Of a DNA stretch of 64,000 nucleotides, positions 48,517 to 57,007 are shown piece after piece (position 1 is the first letter of the stretch; each line of letters starts with the position of its first letter). The stretch is taken from positions 1 to 64,000 of IMG/VR virus record IMGVR_UViG_3300034279_001754. The stretch is one strand, 5' to 3'. Source of the DNA: a virus (taxonomy: Duplodnaviria > Caudoviricetes). A program made the position numbers and the translations under genes. The notes under the pieces are model-generated. The model did not search any database, was not told the DNA's origin, and saw nothing but the letters and a program-made list of their open reading frames with translations.

Positions 48517-49022
48517 TGTGTTGTGAGGTCTGGGAATTTAAAGACGTTTTTAGAATCCATACGGATGGATTTCAGAAATTTACAATGCTTTACATATTCA
48601 ATATCGAAGCCTGTTGCATAGGTATCAATATCATTTTGATCGGCCACAAGGAGCCAACCTTCCGGGTCTATAATCCCTTTTCGTAGAGCAGCCAACCTCC
48701 ACCATAGTGATGGGTATTTCGCCATGAACATCGCCCAATGGTATTTAATGAAGTATTTACCTTCTTCGAGACTAATTCTTTCAACTCTACCGAAACCGCC
48801 AACTGTTTCGCTACGGTCACCGGCCGTAACAGAAAATGTATTTTGTGGTTCTCCGTGGGGGATGTTGTTAGGGGTCAAAAAGCCAACTCCGAAGCAAGGG
48901 TTTTTAAAGTCCATAGGGCAACCTTCTGTAGTTGAAGCTAAAACATAGTCATCAATTTCTGGTATGGTTGTGCCTACGGGGTGTTCGTGATACCAACTTT
49001 CTGGGTTCAAAGGACCATTCAT
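48513..49022 (-). CDS. hypothetical protein
   Basis: ATGA-coupled ORF. Confidence 0.7.
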   Translation of the reverse strand: MNGPLNPESWYHEHPVGTTIPEIDDYVLASTTEGCPMDFKNPCFGVGFLTPNNIPHGEPQNTFSVTAGDRSETVGGFGRVERISLEEGKYFIKYHWAMFMAKYPSLWWRLAALRKGIIDPEGWLLVADQNDIDTYATGFDIEYVKHCKFLKSIRMDSKNVFKFPDLTTQ

Positions 49023-49252
49023 TTCTCAGTGGCAACTTTGATCGTAGGGTGACCATGCTCACCTTGGTAGTTCTCCCTAGTTCCCTCAAGGATGTAACGA
49101 GCTTCCTCAAGGTAGACATCCCAGGGGGCTTCCCCTTCAAGCGTATCAGGCGGGCCGTTAATGCGGTCAACGAGCATATTCTGATACGCCGCGATTGGGA
49201 TCGCTTGCTCAAGGGGCAGGAAGAGTTCGGGTGTATACTCAGGTGGTTTCAT
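49019..49252 (-). CDS. hypothetical protein
   Basis: ATGA-coupled ORF. Confidence 0.65.
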   Translation of the reverse strand: MKPPEYTPELFLPLEQAIPIAAYQNMLVDRINGPPDTLEGEAPWDVYLEEARYILEGTRENYQGEHGHPTIKVATEK

Positions 49253-49273
49253 AGTGTTTGAGGGGTGGAAAGG

Positions 49274-49996
49274 TTACAATGACCCTGTCACGACTGCTAG
49301 AATGTCTTCTTCACTTCCAAATGGGCACTTACCGTCAGCGTAAACGGAAATACGATTGTAACCTTTGTAATCATTTCTATAAGAAATTTGCCACAAGTCA
49401 CCATCCCAGCTTACCTCGTGAACGGTGGCAATCCTATTGTCTCGAAGAATTAGGCGGTCTCCTTGCTTGACGACATGGCCGTTAATGGTTACGGGAGTGT
49501 CTGAGGTAGTCTTTTTATGCGTGTTTGCCGATGTCTTTGTCGGGATTTCGGTTGGAATCAATGCTACAACACGACGAAGCAAAGCAACTTGCTCAGAACT
49601 GAGTCCTGCATCTCCGTCATCTAAGACGGTTGGCAGGATTTGGTTAAGTAATGCCGCTCCTTCTCGCTTCAAGGCCAGCTGAGGATTGGGAACCCAGTCT
49701 GGTGTATGCAACCATGGGGAGCCGCGCTCAGCGACGAGTTCCCAACCCTGCAAATACCACCATACTGAGCCGTCGCCGCTTGAGTTCAAACACTGAACAT
49801 AACCACCTTTGTTCGCATCTTCTGCGGTCGGCGGCCTATGACTGATGCCATTGGTCGGCATTTGGTGCCGCATCGCCTCGAAGGCTTGGGTAGCGCCCCA
49901 TCGGGCAAAGAATTTGTAGTTGTTTTCGTCAGTAAAGTAGCTGCGCTCTTCTATCAAATCTTTCGGCGGTACGACGCTGTTGGGATCAAATGCCAT
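49274..49996 (-). CDS. hypothetical protein
   Basis: RPPTAEDAN..G.V module; downstream of a promoter cassette. Confidence 0.75.
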   Translation of the reverse strand: MAFDPNSVVPPKDLIEERSYFTDENNYKFFARWGATQAFEAMRHQMPTNGISHRPPTAEDANKGGYVQCLNSSGDGSVWWYLQGWELVAERGSPWLHTPDWVPNPQLALKREGAALLNQILPTVLDDGDAGLSSEQVALLRRVVALIPTEIPTKTSANTHKKTTSDTPVTINGHVVKQGDRLILRDNRIATVHEVSWDGDLWQISYRNDYKGYNRISVYADGKCPFGSEEDILAVVTGSL

Positions 49997-50169
49997 AATA
50001 GGTTCTTAGATGGGAGAGGGTTGGTAACAAAGCAACTATACTGCGTCTGCCACGCAGAAACAAGGCTGAGAACCGAACCGGATAGGGCGGTTATCTGACT
50101 TTGCCGTGTTGGTAAAAAAGTTTTTTACCATTGCGTTCATACTTTTTGAAATTTTTCGAGTGTTAAAAA

Positions 50170-50239
50170 TCCCCTAGACAGAATTGAACTGTCGTCTCTC
50201 GCTTACAAGGCGAGTGCATCACCACAATGCTTTAGGGGC
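50170..50239 (-). tRNA. trnT: tRNA-Thr(TGT)
   Basis: CTCGC-CTTGTAA-GCGAG cloverleaf. Confidence 0.9.
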
Positions 50240-50364
50240 AAGCATCCCCATTATAGCATGGCTTGGCAAAAAGTCAATGCCCCCAGAGTCAGGGTGCCGG
50301 TTTTGACACCCCGCGCCTCTAGATTACGGACTGTAAGGGCCAATAAACGGGATGCCCCCCTCTC

Positions 50365-50796
50365 CTACACCACAACCAAGTTATCACGAACCCAATCAGA
50401 TGAGTAAGAATACACTTCATCATCAATGCCAATAGCAACATAGTCAGGGTGTGAGACCGTTGCATCACCCTCCCTCATCTTAATGGTTACGGTATACCCA
50501 GCAGGGACAGGGACAAATTTGCACAGGGCACTGCGGCGATACAGGCCAGAATTGGGCTCAGTTTCTTCCCAGGAGCCAGGAAAAATATCAACCTTACACG
50601 GGTACGGCTGTGACCCATCGACCGGCATCAGTACATAGTCAATGCCTTCGACGGCAGTTAAATCACCCCTTTCTCGGGGGAAGACTTCGGTACCGACCGT
50701 CGGGCGAATGCGGACCAGGGTTTTTCGCTTTGCAGTCAAAGGTTGCCCGAAAGCTGCGATGACTTCGGTTCCGGTTGTGAATGTGAGGGTTGTCAT
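50365..50796 (-). CDS. hypothetical protein, PGDYG-like tandem beta domain
   Basis: Two RE(R)GD...DY...G..Y repeats. Confidence 0.6.
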   Translation of the reverse strand: MTTLTFTTGTEVIAAFGQPLTAKRKTLVRIRPTVGTEVFPRERGDLTAVEGIDYVLMPVDGSQPYPCKVDIFPGSWEETEPNSGLYRRSALCKFVPVPAGYTVTIKMREGDATVSHPDYVAIGIDDEVYSYSSDWVRDNLVVV

Positions 50797-51020
50797 TTTT
50801 GATGTTGGTTTGGGTGGTGGGTTTAGGTTTGGAGCTAGACGGTTAGACCCCCGTAGTTTAGCAGACCACTAAGGCAAAGTCTTTCGCTTCGCCTTTTATG
50901 CTAACGGGGGCCCGCATCAACGCATGGCCGATTGTTTCGCCGGGTTGCACGTTGACAATCAAAGGTGGTTTTGGCGGTTGAGCCATATGCTTGTAGTTAG
51001 GCGAATTAAGCCGAGTGCAA

Positions 51021-51437
51021 TCAACCCCGGTTGGTTGGAGCAGTCAGGATAGGCAACCCACCTTGGTTAGGGGCTACGAAATAGGTTTTGTTTCCCTTTT
51101 CTGCCCCTTCCTCAATGTGTTGAATTTGCAGGAACGTCAAATACTCGGGGTTATCCTTAAGGCTAGCACCAATGATTTTATTGGATTCTGCGATACCTTC
51201 AGCTTCTTTGATGCGAACTTCTTTCAGCTTTTCGGCACTATCTAGTTTAGCTTGGGCTTCCAGAACTGCGACTTGGCGTGTATATTCGGCCTTTTGCAAC
51301 TCGGCCTTCCCTTCTAGTGACTGCTGCCAGACTCCGTATTGGGGAAGTACAAACATTGCAGTTGCAATGATGGCCGCCAAAAGGAATGCCAGGATGCCAA
51401 AAATGATGCCGCCAGAATAGCTATCGTAGCTTTTCAT
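51021..51437 (-). CDS. membrane protein, SPFH/band-7 C-terminal-like phage family
   Basis: TM segment, PQYGVWQQSLEGKAEL, AEGIAESNKIIG.SL..YL, GLPIL. Confidence 0.75.
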   Translation of the reverse strand: MKSYDSYSGGIIFGILAFLLAAIIATAMFVLPQYGVWQQSLEGKAELQKAEYTRQVAVLEAQAKLDSAEKLKEVRIKEAEGIAESNKIIGASLKDNPEYLTFLQIQHIEEGAEKGNKTYFVAPNQGGLPILTAPTNRG

Positions 51438-51487
51438 CTTTTAGTTGTTTGGTAGTTTGAATCCATTGGGATAATAACCCTTTGGAA

Positions 51488-51560
51488 AGTTCCAGGCCGG
51501 ATTCGAACCGGCGTTTCAGGCTTTGCAGGCCCGCGCCTTAGACCACTTGGCGACTGGAAC
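51488..51560 (-). tRNA. trnC: tRNA-Cys(GCA)
   Basis: Loop CTGCAAA; U73. Confidence 0.92.
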
Positions 51561-51822
51561 GGATGGGCCTGGGGTTGCCAGGGTTTTGCCATTTCTTTTC
51601 AAGAAAATCGGTGTCTTGCTGGGTTATCTTGTGAAGCCTTTCGTAAAATTGTTCTAACTTTTGATCGACCTCTTCTCTGTTTACTGTCATTGGCATGTTC
51701 AAGCGGGCGTCTTCTAATGATGACAAGGCATCACGAACTAAAGTTTTGAGGGACCCTACTTGTTTTCCAAGATGGTGCATCTCGTCTCGCTGCTGTTCTA
51801 GGGGGGGGTCAATGTTTGCCAT
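51538..51822 (-). CDS. hypothetical coiled-coil protein
   Basis: ORF; its stop falls inside tRNA-Cys. Confidence 0.55.
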   Translation of the reverse strand: MANIDPPLEQQRDEMHHLGKQVGSLKTLVRDALSSLEDARLNMPMTVNREEVDQKLEQFYERLHKITQQDTDFLEKKWQNPGNPRPIRSSRQVV

Positions 51823-52167
51823 TGTGTTGGGAATTTGAAGCCGTGGATACTATAGCACCTTACACAGAGTAAGGCAAGCCCCTCACTCGTTTGTAAACCT
51901 CCCCCCTCACTACTACTTGTTCCTCTTCACTGAGGGCAAACCAAATCTTGTCTAGTTCTTCCAGGATTTGATCTTCGACATCTTCATTCCCTTCGGCAAG
52001 GGCTTTCAAAGATTCTTCTAGCTTTGATAGGTAAATCTCTACCATGGCATTAAAATTGAGAGAAAAAAAAAAATCAGCGTTTTGATAATCCATGGGAACT
52101 TGTAAGGCAAGTTTACAACTTGGGTGCGTATCTTAGTGTGATGGGGGATATCGGGCTTGAACCGATC

Positions 52168-52368
52168 TCAATCCAAGACAATAAAGACGGAATTTTGTAT
52201 CACATTGGGGCCAAAATATAAAGAACCTTCCTCAGTTACACAATAGTAGTACTTAAGATCTTCCAAGTTAGTAGTCAACATTTGTTCGAGTGCTTTCCTT
52301 TCGGACTCCGTTAAGGGTTGCTCCACAGAGACGAAAGTTCCAAGAGGGGTGATTGCTTTGATTTTCAT
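52168..52368 (-). CDS. hypothetical protein
   Basis: Resembles 6236..6490. Confidence 0.65.
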   Translation of the reverse strand: MKIKAITPLGTFVSVEQPLTESERKALEQMLTTNLEDLKYYYCVTEEGSLYFGPNVIQNSVFIVLD

Positions 52369-52377
52369 GGTTGGGGG

Positions 52378-52749
52378 TTAGGGGGAGATGGGCGGGCTGG
52401 GGAGGGGGTGCCAGTGAGTGTCTCGGGGGCGGTAGCACACTTGAGGCAGTTCAACCCGCATTTCATACCCATCCCACACAAGAATCTCAGTCGGAACTTC
52501 AATGCTTCCCTTGCCACCCCGTGGCGCTGTTTCAATCGGCTGCCAGGGGTTGCGCTGGTTCCATGCAGCGATAGCTTTATCAATGCTGCCAGTTTCATCA
52601 TAACTGAAAGCCGGTCCAGCTGCTTCACAGTTGCCGCATACAACAAAGTTGTAAATGCCATCGTCGTGAAAGCTGACATCAACGCTGCCACAAAACGGGC
52701 AGGGTAGGAGGTTAGGGGTGGTGGCGTCAGGCATGGGTTTGCCTTTCAT
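52378..52749 (-). CDS. Lar-family restriction alleviation protein with DUF551-like C-terminus
   Basis: LLPCPFCGS, CGNCEAAGP, AIAAWNQR, WQPIETAP, THWHPLP. Confidence 0.8.
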   Translation of the reverse strand: MKGKPMPDATTPNLLPCPFCGSVDVSFHDDGIYNFVVCGNCEAAGPAFSYDETGSIDKAIAAWNQRNPWQPIETAPRGGKGSIEVPTEILVWDGYEMRVELPQVCYRPRDTHWHPLPSPPISP

Positions 52750-52842
52750 GGGTCAATCATAGCGTTTCTGCGCGGCAGAAACAAGGGAGAGAACCGAACC
52801 GGATAGCACGGTAGACCGACCCTCACTAGAGCAGTGACCGCC

Positions 52843-53442
52843 TTAGATAGCAACCGGTGTAAATACCCCATAGTATGCCCTGCCATAACAGCCGGATTCA
52901 GCCAACGTAGTAACACAACCGGGTTGCCCTATCCACTCATTAAGAGCATTTTCGGTAAGTTCATGGGGGTGGCCATCATGAGCAGGAATGTTGACCCACT
53001 CGAAAATTCTAAAAATCGGTGCAGCTTTCAGGGCGTTATGAATGATTTTAGCAGGGTCTACCGTATGTTGTAAACAGTTATACATCCATACTTCATCCCA
53101 CCCTGTGTCTTCAATTTCTTCACCCATCGAAACTGAAACTGAGACGTTATTACTTGCGTACCGATCAACGGTCCATTGAGGGTAGGATATCGGGTCTACG
53201 ACTTTTCCTTCGGTTAAGTTGATGGCTTTAAGCAAAAGGCTGCTGGGACCGCCACCGATATCAAGGATTCTTTTGCCCCCCACATCAAAACTATAATGGG
53301 TCCGATGCAACCCCATCAATTTTCCGTAGACGAATTGCTTCTGTTCCTCGTCAAAGGTATTGCAGCAGTTACCCCAGTATGACTTTTCAAAGTCGTAGTC
53401 GTTGCTGTGATCGTTATGGTTGTCGTGGTCGTTATGGCTCAT
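52843..53442 (-). CDS. class I SAM-dependent methyltransferase
   Basis: RILDIGGGP, VVDP, NCLQHTVDP. Confidence 0.8.
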   Translation of the reverse strand: MSHNDHDNHNDHSNDYDFEKSYWGNCCNTFDEEQKQFVYGKLMGLHRTHYSFDVGGKRILDIGGGPSSLLLKAINLTEGKVVDPISYPQWTVDRYASNNVSVSVSMGEEIEDTGWDEVWMYNCLQHTVDPAKIIHNALKAAPIFRIFEWVNIPAHDGHPHELTENALNEWIGQPGCVTTLAESGCYGRAYYGVFTPVAI

Positions 53443-53482
53443 TTCAGTGGGTTAAATATGTGATATTTGCGCTAGCAAAACA

Positions 53483-53556
53483 TGGCGGACCGGAGAATTG
53501 AACTCCTATTCCTCTGGGTTATGGGCCCAGCGTGACTACCGTGACACTCGTCCGCA
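53483..53556 (-). tRNA. trnM: tRNA-Met(CAT), initiator-like, C33
   Basis: CTGGG-CCCATAA-CCCAG; 1:72 mismatch. Confidence 0.8.
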
Positions 53557-53622
53557 TTAAGGTCGGGGCATTTCACCCCCGCTAGGGTTAATACAAACCG
53601 TTTTTGTTTGCCAAAAGGGCAA

Positions 53623-53705
53623 TGGGTGTGGCAAGGATTTGAACCTGCGTGTGCTTAACAAACCGGTTTACAGCCGGTCCCCTTCGACCACTCGGGCACA
53701 CACCC
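53623..53705 (-). tRNA. trnY: tRNA-Tyr(GTA)
   Basis: ACCGG-CTGTAAA-CCGGT. Confidence 0.92.
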
Positions 53706-53750
53706 TTTGAGATGGGGTTTTAACCGTGGGGTTATAGCCGTGAAGTTGTC

Positions 53751-53802
53751 AAGATGGTTGTTTTTCTTTAGCAAAGAAATTTGTAAATTGCTGAACCATC
53801 TT
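53751..53802 (-). ncRNA. CAGCRAT hairpin RNA, copy 1
   Basis: AAGATGGTT/AACCATCTT stem; inner loop TTGCTAA. Confidence 0.65.
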
Positions 53803-53822
53803 AGTTTTGCGCCAGCAAAACA

Positions 53823-53894
53823 TGGCGGAAGCTGGATTTGCACCAGCGATCTTCAGGGTATGAGCCTGACGAGATTCTACTTCTCTACTCCGCG
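53823..53894 (-). tRNA. trnM: tRNA-Met(CAT), initiator-like
   Basis: TCAGG-CTCATAC-CCTGA; C1 mismatch. Confidence 0.85.
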
Positions 53895-53922
53895 TTATTG
53901 TACCGTGTGTTAATTACGGTAA

Positions 53923-53993
53923 TCGGGATGGAAGGTACTGCCCCTTCTATTCTGCTTCCCAAAAGCAGTGTGATACTTTTCTACTACACCCCG
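53923..53993 (-). tRNA. trnP: tRNA-Pro(TGG)
   Basis: CTGCT-TTTGGGA-AGCAG; atypical T-loop. Confidence 0.8.
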
Positions 53994-54024
53994 TTTTCTG
54001 AATAATCAAACCGTCAGGTTTGAA

Positions 54025-54097
54025 TGGAATCATGGAGACTCGAACTCCAAACTCTCTGCTTGCAAAACAGATGCTCTTCCAATTGAGCTATGACCCC
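54025..54097 (-). tRNA. trnA: tRNA-Ala(TGC)
   Basis: Loop TTTGCAA; G3.U70. Confidence 0.92.
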
Positions 54098-54213
54098 GTG
54101 TTCACCTAATGCTTTCTAACATGTAGGTTTTACCCTTGAGTGTGACAGTGAGCGAAGGGTTAGCTATGGCAGCAGCCAGTTGCTTCCTTGCTTCAGGGTC
54201 GTTTAGAATTTCC

Positions 54214-54462
54214 TTAATTAGCTTGGTTGGTTTTACTTTCACTCCAAGACCTCATAAGAGCCTGATACTTAACTTCATCTTCTTGAGCTTGCTTTTGAAT
54301 TATATCGTAAGCTTGCTCCACTCCCGCCGCTAAAGACTTGTATATGTATTCATTCTCAGGTTTACCCTGGATGAAGGTCTCTGGGCACTTCCCCAGGGAA
54401 ATTAAAAGATTGTACATACTCTCATGCACGTACTCTTCTTTAGTTTGTTCGATCTTTTGCAT
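54214..54462 (-). CDS. hypothetical protein
   Basis: ORF within the tRNA array. Confidence 0.6.
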   Translation of the reverse strand: MQKIEQTKEEYVHESMYNLLISLGKCPETFIQGKPENEYIYKSLAAGVEQAYDIIQKQAQEDEVKYQALMRSWSESKTNQAN

Positions 54463-54493
54463 GGGTTTACCTAAAAAAAAAATTCACTAGGGC

Positions 54494-54547
54494 AAGATGG
54501 TTGTTTTTTCTACCAAAAAGAAAGTTTTTAGATTGCTGAACCATCTT
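54494..54547 (-). ncRNA. CAGCRAT hairpin RNA, copy 2
   Basis: Same closing stem as copy 1; inner loop TTTTGGT. Confidence 0.65.
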
Positions 54548-54568
54548 AGTTTTGCTATCGCAAAACAA

Positions 54569-54645
54569 CCGGAAATCGCAGAATCGAACTGCGGACCTCT
54601 CGTTTTTCAGACGAGCGCTCTCCACCAAGACTGAGCTAATTCCCG
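54569..54645 (-). tRNA. trnF: tRNA-Phe(GAA)
   Basis: CTCGT-CTGAAAA-ACGAG. Confidence 0.9.
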
Positions 54646-54706
54646 TTTTTTACCAGGGTTTGATCTCCCGGTAGTTATTACCCCTAGACTTTCACCTGAG
54701 GGCAAA

Positions 54707-54778
54707 TTGAACGCACGGGACTCGAACCCGCATCCTCCACCAACCCGGTGGCGCTCTACCACTTGGAGCTAACGTCCA
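54707..54778 (-). ncRNA. tRNA-like RNA with a 5-nt loop in place of the anticodon loop
   Basis: Canonical D and T arms; CCACC-GGGTT-GGTGG; G3.U70 and A73. Confidence 0.75.
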
Positions 54779-54943
54779 AATCTTTCTATTATAGTGTCTG
54801 CAAACACCATTTTAAGAAGGGACTTAGGCGATTGCAGTCGCTTTGGCCTCTAGGGGCTTTCACCCTTTACGTTGAATTCGCCAAGCAAACGCAGTGGCGC
54901 CAATTTCAACTATTGCTACCCCTTAAGTATCCTTAAGAAGTAA

Positions 54944-55017
54944 CGACTTCGAGGAGATTCGGACTCCCGGTCTCTGCCGTGACAGGGCAGCGCTTTAGGC
55001 CGCTAAGCTACGAAGTC
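54944..55017 (-). tRNA. trnD: tRNA-Asp(GTC)
   Basis: CTGCC-CTGTCAC-GGCAG; G73. Confidence 0.9.
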
Positions 55018-55084
55018 ATTTGCCCCTGCCCTGACTCACTTGCTTGTTCCGAAGAACCGCACTAGCAAACCTGCTTGGAGCAAG

Positions 55085-55157
55085 CGCCCAATGAGGGAGT
55101 CGAACCCCCGTATTCTAGTCCGTAGCCAGACGCTCTAATCCACTGAGCTAATTGGGC
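55085..55157 (-). tRNA. trnR: tRNA-Arg(ACG)
   Basis: Loop CTACGGA. Confidence 0.9.
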
Positions 55158-55199
55158 AGTTTTCTGACGAAGTTTTCGTAAGTTTTTCGTAAGAAAAAG

Positions 55200-55280
55200 T
55201 GGCCCCCAAGGGACTTGAACCCTTACAGCTTTCGCCGGGAGTTTTTAAGACTCCTGTGTCTACCCTTCCACCAGAAGGCC
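55200..55280 (-). tRNA. trnL: tRNA-Leu(TAA), second copy
   Basis: GGAGT-CTTAAAA-ACTCC; long variable arm. Confidence 0.9.
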
Positions 55281-55403
55281 ATTTGGTGTCAAATTGTCAA
55301 GTTGCTGTTGGGTTGAAGGGCTTTGTGTCCCTTACCTTTGTATTATAGGTTGTCAGCCCTGGCAAGTAAAGGGCGGTTAACCGAACGTTTGCCGAGCAAA
55401 CGA

Positions 55404-55474
55404 CACCGGAGAGAGGGATCGAACCCCCATCTACTGGTTTGGAAGCAGTGGTCTTACCATTAGACGACTCCGGC
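55404..55474 (-). tRNA. trnW: tRNA-Trp(CCA)
   Basis: Loop TTCCAAA; C31.C39 mismatch; G73. Confidence 0.8.
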
Positions 55475-55505
55475 ATTTTATCTTAAATTTTCTCGTGAGA
55501 GAAAA

Positions 55506-55577
55506 AGCGGGTAGGGGTAGTCGAAACCCCGTCTACTGTTTGGAAGACAGTCATATTGGCCGTTATACGATACCCGC
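55506..55577 (-). tRNA. trnG: tRNA-Gly(TCC)
   Basis: ACTGT-CTTCCAA-ACAGT; U73. Confidence 0.92.
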
Positions 55578-55690
55578 ATTTTGTATGTTGCTTCGGCAAT
55601 GTTTACGTCAGCAAAAGGGTAATGAGACTTTAAGGTGATGGTCTCCCATTTCCACCCTAAGTCATATTACCCACACTCAACCTCAAGCAA

Positions 55691-55845
55691 TGCCCCAACC
55701 AGGGAATCGAACCTGGAGGCAACAGAATCTATTTTCAATAAGAAGGTGGGTTTTCAAGTCACACCTTATCAACGTAGGTTCAATACGTCTATCAGCATTT
55801 ACTTGTAGATTTGAACCCTAATGCCTGTTCCAACTACTTTGGGAC
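55691..55845 (-). ncRNA. 155-nt tRNA-like RNA with large structured insert
   Basis: GTCCCAA/TTGGGGC acceptor stem, CCAGG-TTCGATTC-CCTGG T-arm, internal helices. Confidence 0.65.
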
Positions 55846-55880
55846 TTTTTGTGTTTTGAACATTCCTAACAAAATTAGGC

Positions 55881-55929
55881 TAGATGATTGTTTTTCCAAT
55901 TTTGAAGGAGTTGATCGCTGAATCATCTA
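55881..55929 (-). ncRNA. CAGCRAT hairpin RNA, copy 3
   Basis: TAGATGATT/AATCATCTA stem with two compensatory changes. Confidence 0.65.
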
Positions 55930-55949
55930 CTTTTCTGCAGAGCAGAAAA

Positions 55950-56022
55950 TGGCGGATCGAGGAATCGAACCTCTATTCCTCCAGCTTATGAGGCTGGCGT
56001 TACATCCCTATTATAGGGATCT
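55950..56022 (-). pseudogene. tRNA-Met(CAT) with degenerate or replaced 5' half
   Basis: Intact CCAGC-CTCATAA-GCTGG, T arm and 3' strand; 5' acceptor/D region does not match. Confidence 0.65.
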
Positions 56023-56054
56023 CTTAAGAAAGTAAACTCTTTCCCGAAGGGAAA

Positions 56055-56129
56055 TACCCGCGATGAGACTCGAACTCACACATAACAACCTTCTCAGGGT
56101 TGCCCCTCTTCCAATTGGGGTACGCGGGT
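56055..56129 (-). tRNA. trnL: tRNA-Leu(GAG), short variable loop
   Basis: CAACC-CTGAGAA-GGTTG; A73. Confidence 0.8.
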
Positions 56130-56151
56130 GTAAAATTCCCCTAAAGGAAAG

Positions 56152-56222
56152 TTCCTAAGATAGGATTCGAACCTATATAAACTCCTTCAAAGGGAGGTGT
56201 CCTACCGTTAGACGACTCAGGA
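56152..56222 (-). tRNA. trnQ: tRNA-Gln(TTG)
   Basis: Loop CTTTGAA; U1-A72. Confidence 0.88.
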
Positions 56223-56239
56223 TTATAGAGGGGGGCTTC

Positions 56240-56488
56240 TCAGAGAAAGAAGCGAAGAGGTCTCTCGAAAACTTGACGAATCAAGGGAGAGGGTCCTGTG
56301 CTAATCATCCTGGGGGAAAAGGCCGAGAGGGGCCTCCAAGACAACAGCGAGGTGTGTCCTGACAAAAAGGCTTCGTCAGAGTGAGTTAGTTGAGACATAT
56401 CATCTTGAATAAGAGCAATCCAGCTGGCTTGGTTTTCGTTCTCTACTCGGGAGTTGCGACCGAGATTCCACCAGTTTTTCAGTCTCAT
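56240..56488 (-). CDS. hypothetical protein (intact paralog of 12886..13149)
   Basis: Codon-level similarity to the interrupted copy, with many third-position changes. Confidence 0.75.
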   Translation of the reverse strand: MRLKNWWNLGRNSRVENENQASWIALIQDDMSQLTHSDEAFLSGHTSLLSWRPLSAFSPRMISTGPSPLIRQVFERPLRFFL

Positions 56489-56520
56489 GCGATCGGTGAT
56501 GTTGCTTTCCATGTGTCTAC

Positions 56521-56739
56521 TCAGACTACTTCGTTGGTTTCCTGGAGAGGAAGCTTGTTACTCTCTTTCAGAACGTGAAGCGCGAAAATCTCGGCTTGGG
56601 TAAATTGATCGATGCCTGCCTTCACGAGGAAGGCTTTATTCATCAACTCCTTAACAACTTTCTCGATAAAGGGAGTGTTGTAATAATGGCCGTCGATACA
56701 AACCGCTTCGTATGAGTGCCAGGCGGGAGTGCTTTCCAT
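56521..56739 (-). CDS. hypothetical protein
   Basis: ATG 6 nt after the -10 element of a promoter cassette. Confidence 0.6.
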   Translation of the reverse strand: MESTPAWHSYEAVCIDGHYYNTPFIEKVVKELMNKAFLVKAGIDQFTQAEIFALHVLKESNKLPLQETNEVV

Positions 56740-56914
56740 AAATCTAGGATAGCGTTTCTGCACTGCAGAAACAAGCCGGAGAACCGGCCTTGGCGGTTCG
56801 GGTAACCGTCCTTTGCGTAGCAAAGACCGAACCTTTTGCTGAAGCGAAAGACCGAACTTTCTCGTGAAGGGAAGCCGCTAAACGATTCCACATTGGTCCC
56901 TGATTAACAGGGGA

Positions 56915-57004
56915 CGGAGAATGAGGGATTTGAACCCACGGGTGCCCGATGAGGACACCACCTGCTTTCCAAGCAGGCACCATAAGCCACTCGGTCAATT
57001 CTCC
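56915..57004 (-). tRNA. trnS: tRNA-Ser(GGA)
   Basis: CCTGC-TTGGAAA-GCAGG; long variable arm. Confidence 0.93.
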
Positions 57005-57007
57005 AAT

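Noticed and set aside
55404-55474. Reading this tRNA as Gly(TCC)
   Set aside because: Stem register and G73 fit Trp(CCA); a proper Gly(TCC) lies adjacent
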